Below, one piece after another: positions 25,343-38,635 of a DNA stretch of 64,000 bases; positions within the stretch are counted from its first letter, which is position 1; the number at the start of each line of letters is the position of its first letter. The notes beneath the pieces are model-generated. The model saw only the letters and a list, made by a program, of their open reading frames with translations. It made no database searches and was not told where the DNA came from. Position numbers and translations under genes: made by a program. Source of the DNA: Phoronis australis (taxonomy: Eukaryota > Animalia > Phoronida); NCBI GenBank assembly GCA_002633005.1, contig NMRA01000011.1:1438555-1502554 (forward strand), written 5' to 3'.

Positions 25343-27561
25343 CTGAAAATTCAGTACAAACATTTACACGTTGAAATAGCGACATCTATCGACAAAATTC
25401 ACACTCTGATCGTTATATCAGTATATAAAAACGTACAAGTACTACAAATTCGCTTCTTTTTATCAACCTATTTCAAAATCATGTAGCAAATATAAAAAAA
25501 ACAAAACTGCCTTTTTGAACAGATACCGTCGATTGATACATTTTGTAAAGACAGTGAAGGCCTTTAATTGCTCGTTATTAGAATATTTTGTGACACCAGA
25601 AACCAGGTTAGACCCAAAAAACAACAACTACCCCGACATCGGTTGTCATTACTTTTGTCACCCATTTTGGCCCTGAGGTCGAAGCTTTTTTATCTCCGCA
25701 TGCACCCCCTGTAGACACCAGTTTTAGCTAGTACCCACCTTCTTAACTCTATTCAGTTGTTTTAGCGGGAGGTACTTTCCCCCAATACCATGATCCACGA
25801 GCGGCAGTAATGAGCAACCCCCGGCACTTCCAACGTACATAAAATTATACTCCAATAAGAGGAGCGATGCGGTTTTCCACAAAACTAAAATATTTTCTCT
25901 CAAGTCTACAACATTCTGGCGCTCAACGTACTTCCGCAAACCGGCGCACACGATGCTCCGACTATAGTCATACATGTACCTTGATTTAAAAAACACAAAA
26001 ACGAAAACTTTATTTTACACAACGTATGGCAGAAATGCCATTCTATATAATGGATAAAAAGGTTAGAATAACGGTTAATTATATAAAAAATATTCAGTTT
26101 CGAGACTTACACCTTATTTTTAAGAAAGCCTTTTAGCTTTGACGGTTGATAAAAGAACACTTGGTTCCTACTCAAATGCTTTGCATGTACTAAAAGTAAA
26201 ATCGGCTGCTATTGAGAGCTAAAAAATGAATGTCCAAAAATGAATTGACAGTTTGTTAACTTCGTTTTTTCAGTTGCAAGCTGTGCGACCTTGACCTAAT
26301 CAATACCCGTTGCAGCAGTGAGAGCGTAACTGCTGCGAAAATGAATCAAACAGCACTTACCATTAATTGACGTTAGGTATTGGCAATGTGTGAAAAAACC
26401 CTATTCGTTCTCAGTCATTCAAACAAAGTTGATGGAACCGCCCACTGTAAAATCATCTTCGGCAAAATGGTGGCTACATGGTAGTCGTCTACAGACTCCA
26501 CGATAAACACTAAAAGTTGCTATCTCGAGTAAAATTGCCTTATATATTTTCATGTGATAAAGCGAACAAAATCCATCATTATCTGTCAAAAGTTGTATAC
26601 GTTCTCCCACACGACTGTAGCTCAGAATGTCTGCAGATTGGTCCGCTTATGAAAGGATCAGATCAATTTTGTGTTTAAAACAAAAATTAGAAAATCAAAC
26701 CAATTTTTTGTTTTTGTAATTTTTTTATTTCATTTCCTTAGGAAATTCAAAAATTGAAAATTAGAGAATTCAGCCAATTAGTGAATTTTCGTTTTCGTGG
26801 AGAAAATGAAACTCGAATATTACTTCCGTTTTTCGTTTTTCCGCAATGTGCAGAATTCAGAATATCAGAAAATGTTTAGATTCTGGGCCTTCTTTTACGA
26901 AAATTTCCGATAGTTAATTAGGGAGGAAAAGCAACACGCTCAATTTTTTTTCGTATGTCAATCAAGGTAAAAGGTCTTTGATTGCCTTTGATACTCATCG
27001 TACCCCGAGGTTGTTTGATCATTACATTGACCCTGAATCCACACCAAAATCTTGCCTCAAGATGGTTGAGATTTCATCACGAGTTGTCTTGTTCTACATA
27101 ATCGCTTTTCATTTGCTTGTTACTCAAAGCAATGGAATGACAGTATTGGTCTGACCGTCAACTAACACTGCGTGGAAATTGAATATCGAAAAACAGGGTC
27201 CATGTTGTTTTTCTGAATGCTTTGCTTCAGAAGTGGCTAAGAAAATGAAATTGACTTCTAATTTTCAATTTTCTACTTTGTAGAGAAATTGGAATCAAAA
27301 AATAAAACGTTAACAGTTGGCTCGACTTTGTAATTTCCAAAATTCGGAGAAATTGAAAAAGGATTGTTGATATCAACGAATATCAAACAGACAGCTCTTA
27401 GCAAACATAGGAATCATTTCTAAACTGAGTAAAGTGATAAATGAACTATATCAAACGTTCTTTTCTGCGACGTAACATGGGTTTATAGCCGCTTTAAATA
27501 ATCCTACAAACCCACGAACTCTACCGACCACATCACTCGTGACGAACTTTGGCGGACGTGA

Positions 27562-28040
27562 AGAGCCAAACATCAAGCTACAGTCTTGATGTATTGGGTC
27601 CTATTTTCCGTAATGGTGATTTTAGCGGGAAATAGGGCGCACCCTAATAAGTTTCGGTATGGCCACTGAATAGAACATTGCTGTGACAAATGATTTCCGG
27701 GTGTGACGCAGAGTCGTTGAGAGACTCTCTAAATGGCTTGCCAGTTGGACATGCTTCTTAGCTAACGGGTTGGACTCTTGGCTCTCATTCTCTCTGGATA
27801 ACGACCCGCAGCAAGCTGATTTTTTACAAAACTGGAGGATTTGGACACTTTGAAAATTGTTATTACAACTTAATTGGGACAAGTTGTGTCGTTAGTGCTT
27901 TATGAACATAATACAAAATATTATTGTTTTGAGCCTTACCTTGATATAGTATCGTCCTGTCCCTTGCTCAGTCTACAAATAACGAATAGACGTCGCTAAA
28001 CGACTCTGTTTTATAACGTAAATATCACATGTCGGTGTAC
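27562..28040 (+). repeat. Copy of the sequence at 1-450
   Basis: Near-identical stretch aaaactggaggatttggacactttgaaaattgttatt...cttaccttgatatagtatcgtcctgt in both. Confidence 0.85.
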
Positions 28041-29625
28041 GTTCTTTACTTGTAACACATGCGCGAGCTCTTGCTTCTTGCAAGAAACTAGGTCTACGGA
28101 ACGAACGCCTTTTGTTCAGATCAGCAAGAATTCTAAACTTAGTGCACCCAATATTGTAACACCACGTGCGTATGATCATCAGACTCAGTGACCTGACACT
28201 GTCTGTGTTAAAAGTGTGTAGCAAAACAGCTACATTTATTGCACGTTTTATTAGTGTTTAATGCGTTGAATCGGGTCATAATATAGAATTAGTAGTAACT
28301 TGTACCAACCCTTGAAAACTAGCTCTCATTTACTGTAACCACAACAAAGTATTTGGCACTTCAAAGCAGAGTCAATATTTTGGATGAGGGTTGCACCGAA
28401 AACATGATCAGTGACTGGTTATAAGCTTCCTCGTTATTGTGACATCGTAGCCATCCAGACCAGAAATTTCAAGTGATTGCTAAGAGTTGTCAAATTTACA
28501 TGAATCGAGAAGTTTAGTCATATCACTAATATTTGAATATTACTTCCAGAACTAAAGGAAACTACGGCGCCTTTGAATAGACAGTTACATGTCAAATGAA
28601 TATACTACATTTATAGTGAAGAGCAGAAAATGAGCGATTTCAGTTTTTACAGTTAGACGACAGAGAGCTAAACACAGCGCAACAACACCTGATGCACTTG
28701 AGCGGTTCAAAATTTGCTATCTTCGGCCTGCACAAGCTACATTCGTCATGAAAACCATTAGGGAGCGCTTTGGTCTGAGATATTGTGGTAATACCCACCC
28801 TGCACTTAAAAAAACTAAGAATCCATAATCAATATCTCACGAATTGGACATTATGATCCTTGGTGGGTGCTCTTTTCCCACAGATGCCGAATAACTCGCT
28901 TAAAGCGTAGGTCACGCTTGCCCCTTTAGCAGATTTTGAAAACAGTTTTCTAATTTTCCTTTAAGCTCTGTATGTTGTCGAGCAGTTACAGAGCGTTATT
29001 TTGTTTCAGAGAACTGGATAGGAAAGGTGTTTTTAGTATCTGTTAATCCTCCAAAACCAGGTTTGGCATACTTTTAACTTGAAAGATTGACGCCAGTGAT
29101 GCATTAGCAGGTGACAGAAGGAGGACTGGTGGAAATCATCATAACAGGGTTATAGCATCCTATCAAAGAATGTGAAGTAGGAATATTGATGAATTATCAG
29201 CCACGTTACATTTATCAAATCCATATCAATGTCGCATCATTTCACCCAGCAACCGAACTAGATTAGGGCCGCTGCGACTCAACCTCACCTGACGGAACAG
29301 CTTGCACGGCCTGTCGAAATTTAATGCAATTAGAAAGCTATCCTGTCCATGTCTGGGTTCACTAAGTCAGAAAGTTTCATTCAGTCTTCTTAAATTTAAT
29401 ACCGCCGTTGGCCGCCACAGCGACCAACGGCGATCAAGGTGTGGTGCCTTATGAGAATGAGTCTCATTTGTTAAACAATACGAAACCAATGTTTGAACAT
29501 TATTCTACTCTTGCTCACCCTTTTAATGGTTAGTACTACATGATGGACACAAATGCAACAATTCATTCATCTCAGTTCCTACTCATTAGCAGACAATCAG
29601 AGAAATGAATTGTCGGAGTTCGGGT

Positions 29626-29735
29626 TTCGGAACTGTGGACATTCGAAGTAGTAAACTTTCGAAGGTAACGGACCTTCGGAGCAGCGAACCCTCCGAATAG
29701 TGGACTTTCGGAGTAGTGAACCTTCGGTATAGTCA
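29626..29735 (+). repeat. Degenerate ~16-bp tandem repeat (TTCGGAnnAGTGGACn x7)
   Basis: ttcggaactgtggaca|ttcgaagtagtaaact|ttcgaaggtaacggacc|ttcggagcagcgaaccc|tccgaatagtggact|ttcggagtagtgaacc|ttcggtatag. Confidence 0.75.
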
Positions 29736-31344
29736 TGCAACTTCGGAAATATTTTCCAACAAATTTGTTGCTCGAATGAAATCTGCAAGGTTGTGTAGCC
29801 TACCATTGGCACTGATTGATAGGGGAATAGTTTCTTCATTGACCAAAGTTTTTATTAGGTCAAAACCTACTTTTCCTTAATACTGTGAACATGCTAGTTG
29901 GGGTTTTCTCAGGGCAAAAACACATGGTAGTTACATTGTAAATGTCTGGTTTTTGTCAGCGCAACGACAGAGGGCCGCCTGTAGTGATCTTACCGTCGGC
30001 ATGTACTGGATTTAAAAGAATGGAATCGCAGACACGTGTACACGCTGATACATGTCAATCCACCAATTCACAATCAAAGTGGACTTTGGATGAGCAACAA
30101 TCATTTGACGACCATCTTCAATTCTAAATTTGAAAATGCCTGCACCTTACAATACTATGCTAGCAAGTAAACAAAAAATAGCGCAACGTTCACCCATATG
30201 GCCAACGATATTGTCGACGATATTGGTGTAGAATCCACGCACGTTCAATACCAATGGATAACATAAAGCCACTTCTGTTCGTCTGCACCATCCTGTCATC
30301 AGCGGAGATACCACTCAGGCGAAGATGGGCCAGGTATCGCCCTATGATTTGAATCAGAAGCAAATTCAAAATTACTATTACATGTAAGTTGGTTATCATT
30401 GTAGTTTTTAGTACCAGTATCTGCAACAATTTTGTTTTTGTTGCTGTCCATATGTATCCTATCTTTAACGGATAGGCTGGGTCTGAACTTTTCCACGGGG
30501 GAGGTTTGGTCCAAGCCCGAACTTCTACCCCCTGGCTACGCCCCTGTTTAGATGATGTCTGAGTAAGGGAATTTGGTATATTAACCCATTTGCTAAATCG
30601 CATATATGCGCATATTAAACACTATGGCCGACTTCGACGCTGGCCGCTTTTGTTCCATACTCCCCACTTTGAATGGTAACGTAGTTCAAATCTCTGTGTT
30701 AAATCAATGTGTTCTTTTACGAATATCGGAGTCCGTTACACATAATATTGTTGCGTGTTTTGTATTTCCGTTGCCATCTATTCTAATGACCCGGTGACCG
30801 CAGCCATAGCCGACTAGTCACCAGTTCTACAAAAATGTTCACATCCAGAGTTCAATTAACCCAATTTTTGAAGTTACGCATAATCATGAAACGAGCACCA
30901 TTTCATTAAAAAATGATGTTTTCAACACGAGACAAAATGGTAACACGATGGGTATGCTCACGTTAAGACGTAAGTCACAAGTTAGAGATTACAGTCTAAA
31001 TTCAGTTCCTCATGACAAACTACCGAATGATATAGTTATATCCCAATCAGTACCGTGCTTGCCGACCGTTCAGAAATAATCAATTTATGAAATAAGATTT
31101 TTAATCTCAACCTCCTCGTTTCAAAAAAGTAGGCCTACTGTACACCCCCAGCTGTTACAACGTTTGAACCAAGAAACCCCTTTAAAATCCTATTGAAACA
31201 GCACTCGCTGTCCATTATCGGAAACCAGGTGAATACATTGAATTCTAAATGAGACGATTTTAAAGTCTTTGAGGACTAAGATGTACATGTATTGGCACTT
31301 TGCTAATTGTGTATAGTGCACTGTGTCCTCGTTACATTAATTCA

Positions 31345-31345
<1 letters not shown>

Positions 31346-31382
<37 letters not shown>

Positions 31383-31660
31383 CAGCAATAGTCATAGTCA
31401 TAGGAATAGTAATATATAAACAAAATAAATGCTGGAGTTCCGTGCAGTTACCCATGGATAAGAGAATAAATAATAAATTAAAGTAAAACGACGAGGTCGG
31501 TACTAAAATATCTTAAAATATTCCCCACTTTTCGAACGTACGGTCTTTATCAAGGGCATGACGCTATCGAACTGTCGAATAGATAGATATATTGGCAATA
31601 ATAATAGTAATAGTAATAGTGATAGTAATAACAATAGTATGTAATAATAATAATGATAAT
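31346..31660. repeat. (CAA)n and (TAA/TAG)n microsatellites
   Basis: CAA run at 31346-31381; ATA/GTA runs at ~31598-31660. Confidence 0.85.
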
Positions 31661-32079
31661 GGCTAACAAAATTCGTGTCGTGTCATCCCCGCGAGTTTTC
31701 GTGTAGAAGAGGTAAACGAATCAAGCCTTACAAAAGGTGTTTTTTCACAGGAAAAATACTCTCCAAAATTGTGCCATTTCGACAAAATACTATCTGAAAT
31801 TGTGCTTTTTCGGAATTTCTGGAACAGAACTGTGCCAAAATGTGAATTTTTACACAAAGTTACTCTCTAATTGGGTCACTTCTTTGTCCGAGCCCACTCT
31901 GTAAAGGAGTAGGTATTCAAACTGTCGGGCGGGACCCCTCGTCCAAACATGCTAGCGTACGCTCCGCCTTGTCAGATACCACTTGTTTATGATTTTGGTC
32001 ATTTACTTTGTGATATGACGTAGGTTTCGTAAAATGAAACAATGGCCCATTTTTCGCATGCGCGTTCGACGTAAAATGT

Positions 32080-35000
32080 AACAGTAACTTGTTACACTTT
32101 AGGAGAGGCTTAGCAATGTAAAATGTAATTTTTGCATTTGATGACGTGCTTTCGGTGCAAAAGAATGTTTTCAATGCTGCTTGACCGTTTTTGCTTTTTT
32201 AATTTGTTTAATGTGACCTATGATGTGTGGAGACAATATTTGTCAGTAACGACTCAGTCGTCATTTTTCGATACAAATTACACAAACATGTGCAAATGTA
32301 AACGCCGTAATGTTTTACATTTGAAAAGTACATAAATGGATTGGATGGAAATAATTAAGAAATGGCTAAGTGAAAGCAGTCACAAAACATTTTTAAAGCT
32401 CTTATACCTCAGAGCTCACTGACTATCTAATACATTTTGGTAGAAAGAAAGCCTATTGAGGCTAAGTAGCCTAAGAAAGCACAAATGACCTTTTGGTGAC
32501 GATTTCACACATGCATCTCTAATAAAACAAAACTGGTGTTCAATTAAGGGTTGGGCCAATAAATTCACTGTCTCATAGTGTTCATGTATGGGGAAGGGTT
32601 CGCACCTTTGCTTCTCGTCTTCTGACGACAAACACGGGGTTAAATGATGTAGCCGTTTTCGGTGAAAGTCCTGGTAAATAGTGACACATTTATGTTGACG
32701 CGACCGTCACTGGCTTTGTCATCTCTTCCTGCTTTGATGAACAGAAAGTTGTCTGGACTTCTAAAAATGGACACGCAGAGTACAGTGTAATCCGTGTCAA
32801 ATTTAACGGTCTTTTCTAGACCATACTATTAACAACGCTTCTCATATCCAGCACCTTCCAATTAATTTCAAAACAAAATTTAAGGATAAAACTTTCTAAA
32901 GCAAATGCTGTACTCGAGCAGTTGGATTATAGGGTCACAAATCTTTCTCCGCCTCCTCTTAATACAATACAGTGTGCTTTATACACCAGTTTGAAATCGT
33001 AAGGCTCATTTGATGCATTTCAAAGTATGGCGGACATATACTCATTTGGGAAGCATATAAAAGAGTTCAATGATCGTTGAAACGGGTTTACATAAAAACG
33101 TCAATTTCTCAGCAACATCTCAGATTAAGGTTGTGCTTGTTGGTGCTGTTTTTGTTATTTTTTAGCTATGTCTGTTTAAATTCCTATCTTTGTAAAAGAG
33201 TATTATGAAAAAAATGTTTTAAAGTGTTTAAATTTAGCAATTTCATGTGAAAAACACCAAAAAACCACCCAACAATTGACCATTGACCAACTTTCAACTT
33301 AGTACACAACATTAGCTGACTATATTTGTTATTTCGGGCTTATCTAGAGTTACGAGCATTTATCTGTGGATACATAACAAAGAATCGGATCAACCGATCA
33401 CAGCATCGATCTCCATTGTTACAGTAATTTTTGTTGAGTGCAAAAGGTCATCAGATGTGGCTGTTCCCTTTCCCGTGGTTTACGTTACGATATGCAGTGG
33501 CAGGTGTTGCGTTTGTGGTGGCTTGGCAATTCAGTATTTGAGCACACTGAGGATCATTTCACTCAGATTTTCCAGCGAGACACCAGAGAACCACGGATAT
33601 GACACAGGAACCAAGACTGTTGGTGGACATGTCACCCTGGGGCTGCGTAAATTCAAACGTCACATTCATATCCGTGGAGTTCAGAAACTTTCACTTTCAT
33701 CTTTTTTCTTGTTTTAGGGAAATTGAATTCACAGATGTGATATGCAGTGATATAAAGGAAAGTTTAATAACGTTGACAATGAAGTCATTTGTCAGAACCA
33801 GGTAAATTGTTAAATACGGACACATAACCACTGCATGATACCGTGCAAAACGCTACTGCGTGATACCCTGCACAAAATGAAGGCAATACCTTTATAGAAC
33901 TTGCTGCAGTGAATGAGACAACGTTTATTAGACTAATGATGCAAATGTTGTTACAGAGACTCCATTTTTGGTCGCAATTTTAAATCAAGTAAACGTATAC
34001 TCAAGTCATTTTAACAAGATTTGTCTTCAAAAAGATTACTACCTGAATATACTAATGGTTAAAATGTTGAAAATGTGATTACTCTTGTTGTCCACTTGGC
34101 AAAACGTCATCGGTCAAATAGGATTTCTGGTTGGGCGAGCGTCGAAAACTTACGTGTCGGGCCAATAGGTGTCAGTGAGGTAACCGGTTTCAGACATACA
34201 TATCGTCCTTCCAGTTATGACAATTGAAATCACCATTTGTGGATTTCAGGTAGAAGATTCTTTCAGTACCTCCTAATCCTTGGCAAGATTGAAAAATTGT
34301 ATTGAACACACTTAGTTCAGCGAAATGGCGAGGATGGGGCGTTATAACTGAGCAATGTGTTCTTAATTACAGTCAAACTTTTGGTGGAATCACTCATTCC
34401 ATTTCCATTATTGAAGAAAACGGGAAGGGTCGGCTGTTAAGTGGAACCAGTTTTCTCGCTGCGTATACTGCCAGTTTTTCAGTGGAACCGACCTCGCACT
34501 TGGACATTCTGTCTAATTTTTCAATTCTGTCCTGACATCCCTGGCAAGCGGCACAATAGGGTCATGATCATCAATGCTCATTGCAGAAAACCTTTCCCTT
34601 TGGCCGAAACTCATCGCGATTTTATTTTAACCACAGGTTGTCATTTATGTCACCTCCTCTGGTCGCCATCAATTTTGCGCCCCCTTCATTAATTGTTGAA
34701 TACCTCTGTACTACACCAGCAAGTGCTTGGCGTGTGACGACATACCGAAGATTAGCAAAATTGAATACATGAATTGACGGTTTAGAGAATTGAGAGTAGA
34801 AAAAACGGAGCTTAGAAATACAATAGCATGTGATCTGACTGTGTTTGAACTTGACGAAATGTTAACCATCGATACGTTGTTATGATGCAGTTGTCGTAAG
34901 GACGTCCACTGATGAGCATTGATCGAAAATCTGCGTTGTCTAGAGTTCATCAATGAGGTGCCAGAATGGGTGGAGACACTATCCAATTTAAGAATCTCGT

Positions 35001-36295
35001 CATTGACAGACAAGAACTTTGTATCACAGCAATGTTACAAATCAAAGTCATACCAGCGACAGCAAGTGCACTGTTCCTGAGACTGTTTCATTAAAGGCAA
35101 AACAAAGTCGAAAATTGTTTAAATGCGATGAAAAATTTGTTAAGAAACTTCACGTTCATTCAAGCATTGACAGACATCAATTAATTTGCCTTGAAAGAGG
35201 AATGTTACAACTTAAACAGCGTTTTTGTACAATATTGGAAATACTGCTTACTCTGCAATTCATTTTGAATCTTTCAGTAGGTTTTTATCAAAATGATATC
35301 AAAGACCCAAGCACCGCCAAGTCAATTCGAAATCCGAAACTTATCAGTTAACTTAGCTAATGATGTAATGACTGCCGTTGGTGTAAACAGTGAGCTTCGT
35401 TTGGTCCATGATTTTATCACGTGTTATTTCGAACGTTGTCTCTGCATACAAAAGAACAACAACAGAAGGTTCTATCTCTAACCAATGGTTTTCAACGAAT
35501 GGGCTTTTACCAGAAGTGTGTTTCGTAGGGGAAACAATCTCTCGAAAATGCAAGAACACGCGAGTGAAAGCCGAGTATACCCTGGATCATATTAGCAAAC
35601 AACTGCAAAATAGCAGCCACTGAATTTAGCTGGACGGTGATGTTGGAAATTCGAATTGTGTTATTTAGATCACTATTTTCATTTCATAAGCCAAGACCTC
35701 CGAGAATCTTGGAGTACGGAACGCAGCCCATTACTTACCAGAAATGTCGCTGACAGGAAGTCACACAATGCAAACGCTGAGTCTGGCGGCTGAATGGCTG
35801 TTGTTATGATTTGATAATCTTTTTCTAGGATCATTGTCTCAAGGTAGATACATATTGCTATAACAATTCTGGAACTGAAATTTTGCGGTCATTACCCACA
35901 ATTATCAGAACTGAAAAGCACCGACAGTCAAAAGCGAGAACCAAGGCATTACGCGGACAGATTGACGTTTCGGAACTTAGCCACACATGTCTTCCGGTTT
36001 GAGGCACTGGTGTTTTTGTAAATTTTTGATAGAAATCGACTGAAAAAAATCAGTGAGTAAGAACTTGCCAACTTTACCAAAACCACCAAACCTGCTTACA
36101 CATCTCATCCAATCTGAACACACAAGCCTTAAAAGGGCTGATTACGTTGGACACGCCTCGGCCCCCCAAAAAATAAAAGCTCTTAGTTTCGCTTCTGGTC
36201 AGGCAAAGTCACATGAGTGAAGGAGCTCCCTTGCTGATTTTAAGTTGGCCTTTTCAACTTGTTACGGGTGTGAAGTGATTTTTTATTTACTAGAG
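32080..36295 (+). repeat. Paralogous copy of ~3140-5328 + 8336-10145 (decayed coding-like block)
   Basis: Direct colinear similarity, e.g. agacaatatttgtcagtaacgactcagtcgtcatttttcgatacaaattacacaaacatgtgc at 3330 and 32231. Confidence 0.9.
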
Positions 36296-38489
36296 TAAAT
36301 ATGTGTTACGCATGAGACTAGGTGTCCTTGAGCTCCACTTTAGCCCTCCTAGGACCAATGATTAAGATCTACTGACGTGTATTTTCGAATACCTTATAGC
36401 CGCTGAACAATTAACTTCGTGCGAACACCGCACAATGTGCCGTCTTCTGCCAACTTGTTTGAGTAAATGGTCACCTTCATTTCAACATGTCCAAACTTTT
36501 CCAGATGTGCTCTGCATGGAAATGTCAAAAAGTATTGACGTAGCGTTCTTTCATTTCAAATTTAAATATGGACACCACACCGAATCTATGTGTTCAATAT
36601 GTTTTCAATGTGTGCAGGAGAAAATGTAACGCGAAGAAAACAGTTACATGTATTTTTTGCATGAAAACATATTCCTTATGTTTAAAGCACCCAAAAGTCG
36701 ACGATGATTTAAATATAGGAGATTATGTTTGAAAGGGATTCCCCTTTGGCTCAATATGTCACGTCTGTTATCTTAGGCTTGTAACTTCAACATAACTGAC
36801 GTATTTTATAGAAATCAGTTTTTGTGCGGCAGTATCGCGGTAGGAGTCAACATTTGGTAAAACTCTGTTGGCCAATTAAAACTTTTGGAGTCCATCGAAC
36901 AATACTTATCTAAATGAAAAGTATACCTCTCGAAAAAAAATTAGATCCGTTAGAAAAGCGATGGTGTTAATTAGAAACTATCTTTCTAAGTAGAAAGCAG
37001 GATAAGGAGTGTCTGGCTGTGTGTCCTTTTTGTAAACGTTTTTCTACAAAAAATGTACTGCCATTTGTTGGCAATAGTGATTTTAATGAGTGTAGAATCA
37101 GTGGCAGACTTAGGGAGGAGGGGCAAGGGGGGCATGGCTCCCTGAAATGTCTGAAGTCTAAAATCCTGGCTATTACCCTACCCTGGCCCCCTAAACTCAA
37201 AATCATTTGTGGTGAAGGTATGTAAAGTGTACGTCATAAGAGTTCCACAACACCTCATATCAAGTAATTCAGATTATCCACGAAGCTAAATAAACTACAG
37301 CTTAGGGCACCATACAAAATAGGGTACCCGCATGGTAAGTACTGGAACCCATCAAAAGTTGTATCAGGCAAACGAGAAAACTGTGGCCATCGGAGAGGGA
37401 GTCAATCGTGGCGAGGGCAACACTGTGAGGTGAATGCTGTAGTGACTATTACAAAACAAGTATTGACGACAGACGATAGCTTTCATGCGCGCACCCAGCC
37501 TTCAATGTGGGGGGCTCGAATTTCTGTGGATGTTGACCTTTTGCTAACAAAATATCGGCAGGACTAAAAATACGGGGTACTAATTTTGCCTCGTTTTCTC
37601 GGAGTTTTTGTTTCTCTAAGGCGGACCCTTTTGCCCACTTCGCCAAATTGGAGTTGGGCTCCTTCGAGCCCCCCGAGCCCCCTAGGGCAACCATACTGTA
37701 TAGGTTTGGGGTTCCGAGAAACCTTCATTTAGCTGTGGTACATACAATTGAATCATCTGTTCATTGAAGTGATTTGCTTGTTGCTTTCTGTTCGATTACT
37801 ACCATTGATAGATATTCATGTAAAATTCAGTTAGCGAAACAGCCGTTAGATTTTACCAATCACCAAGTATTATTTTTCCATAAAATATCACACAAAATGG
37901 AAATACTTTTGAAGCATGTGCCATGTTATATGTGACACAAAATTTCAAAGAATATACGCATCTTCTGTCTACAGAAAGTTTCATTCACAGCACTAAAACG
38001 CCTACAGTGCAAGAATGGAATCTCTGGATATAACCTCGAGTGATATGGCAGTTCGTTTGTACCTAAGACTATGGTCAGACTTTATCATTGTTGTTAAAAC
38101 ACGTATTCTTGTAGCTGTCGTACCCCAAAAAAGATCGTTGCAGTGGAATTAATGGGATTTGTCGTTAGGAAACAACTTATGGAGCTATCTGCGTTGCATG
38201 CCGAAAACTATTCTGTTGAAAGTTAACAGCAGTTAGTGATGAGAATTAAAACAAGTCAGTTCTTCACTTATAGCAGCCAAGATATTTGTGAACACAAAAC
38301 TTTCGGTAACACAACAGTCTATGTGTAAAGCAGCTCCTAGCGTTATAGAGTAATTGCGATTGCTGAGTTATGCCGCTCAACAAGAGTACCGTATGGATTA
38401 CCACATTTAAGCGCTTATTTCAACTGGAATACATTCTAGCCTTATTACTTGTTTTTAACCATTTTGTCACAATTTCCATATTTCTGTCG

Positions 38490-38635
38490 TCAGACCACCT
38501 CATGAAACCAGTCTTCTACGATTTGTCTAGTGCTTTTCTTACACGCTGATGGAATTTTGAAGACGTTGGGGTCGGGCACACCAAGCGAACCATTGACTGC
38601 GTTGCTGACGCTCATTACTTCTCTCGTTAACCCGT
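38490..38635 (-). CDS. EPDR: EPDR gene B last coding exon
   Basis: cttctttcag|AC; (D)GLTREVMSVSNAVNGSLGVPDPNVFKIPSACKKSTRQIVEDWFHEVV*. Confidence 0.88.

Noticed and set aside
26419-26510. THAP-like CSHHFAEDDF motif
   Set aside because: Isolated motif with no N-terminal cysteines or element boundaries found.
30190-30603. 137-aa ORF
   Set aside because: No recognisable motif; it crosses a small GC-rich MITE-like segment and is probably chance.
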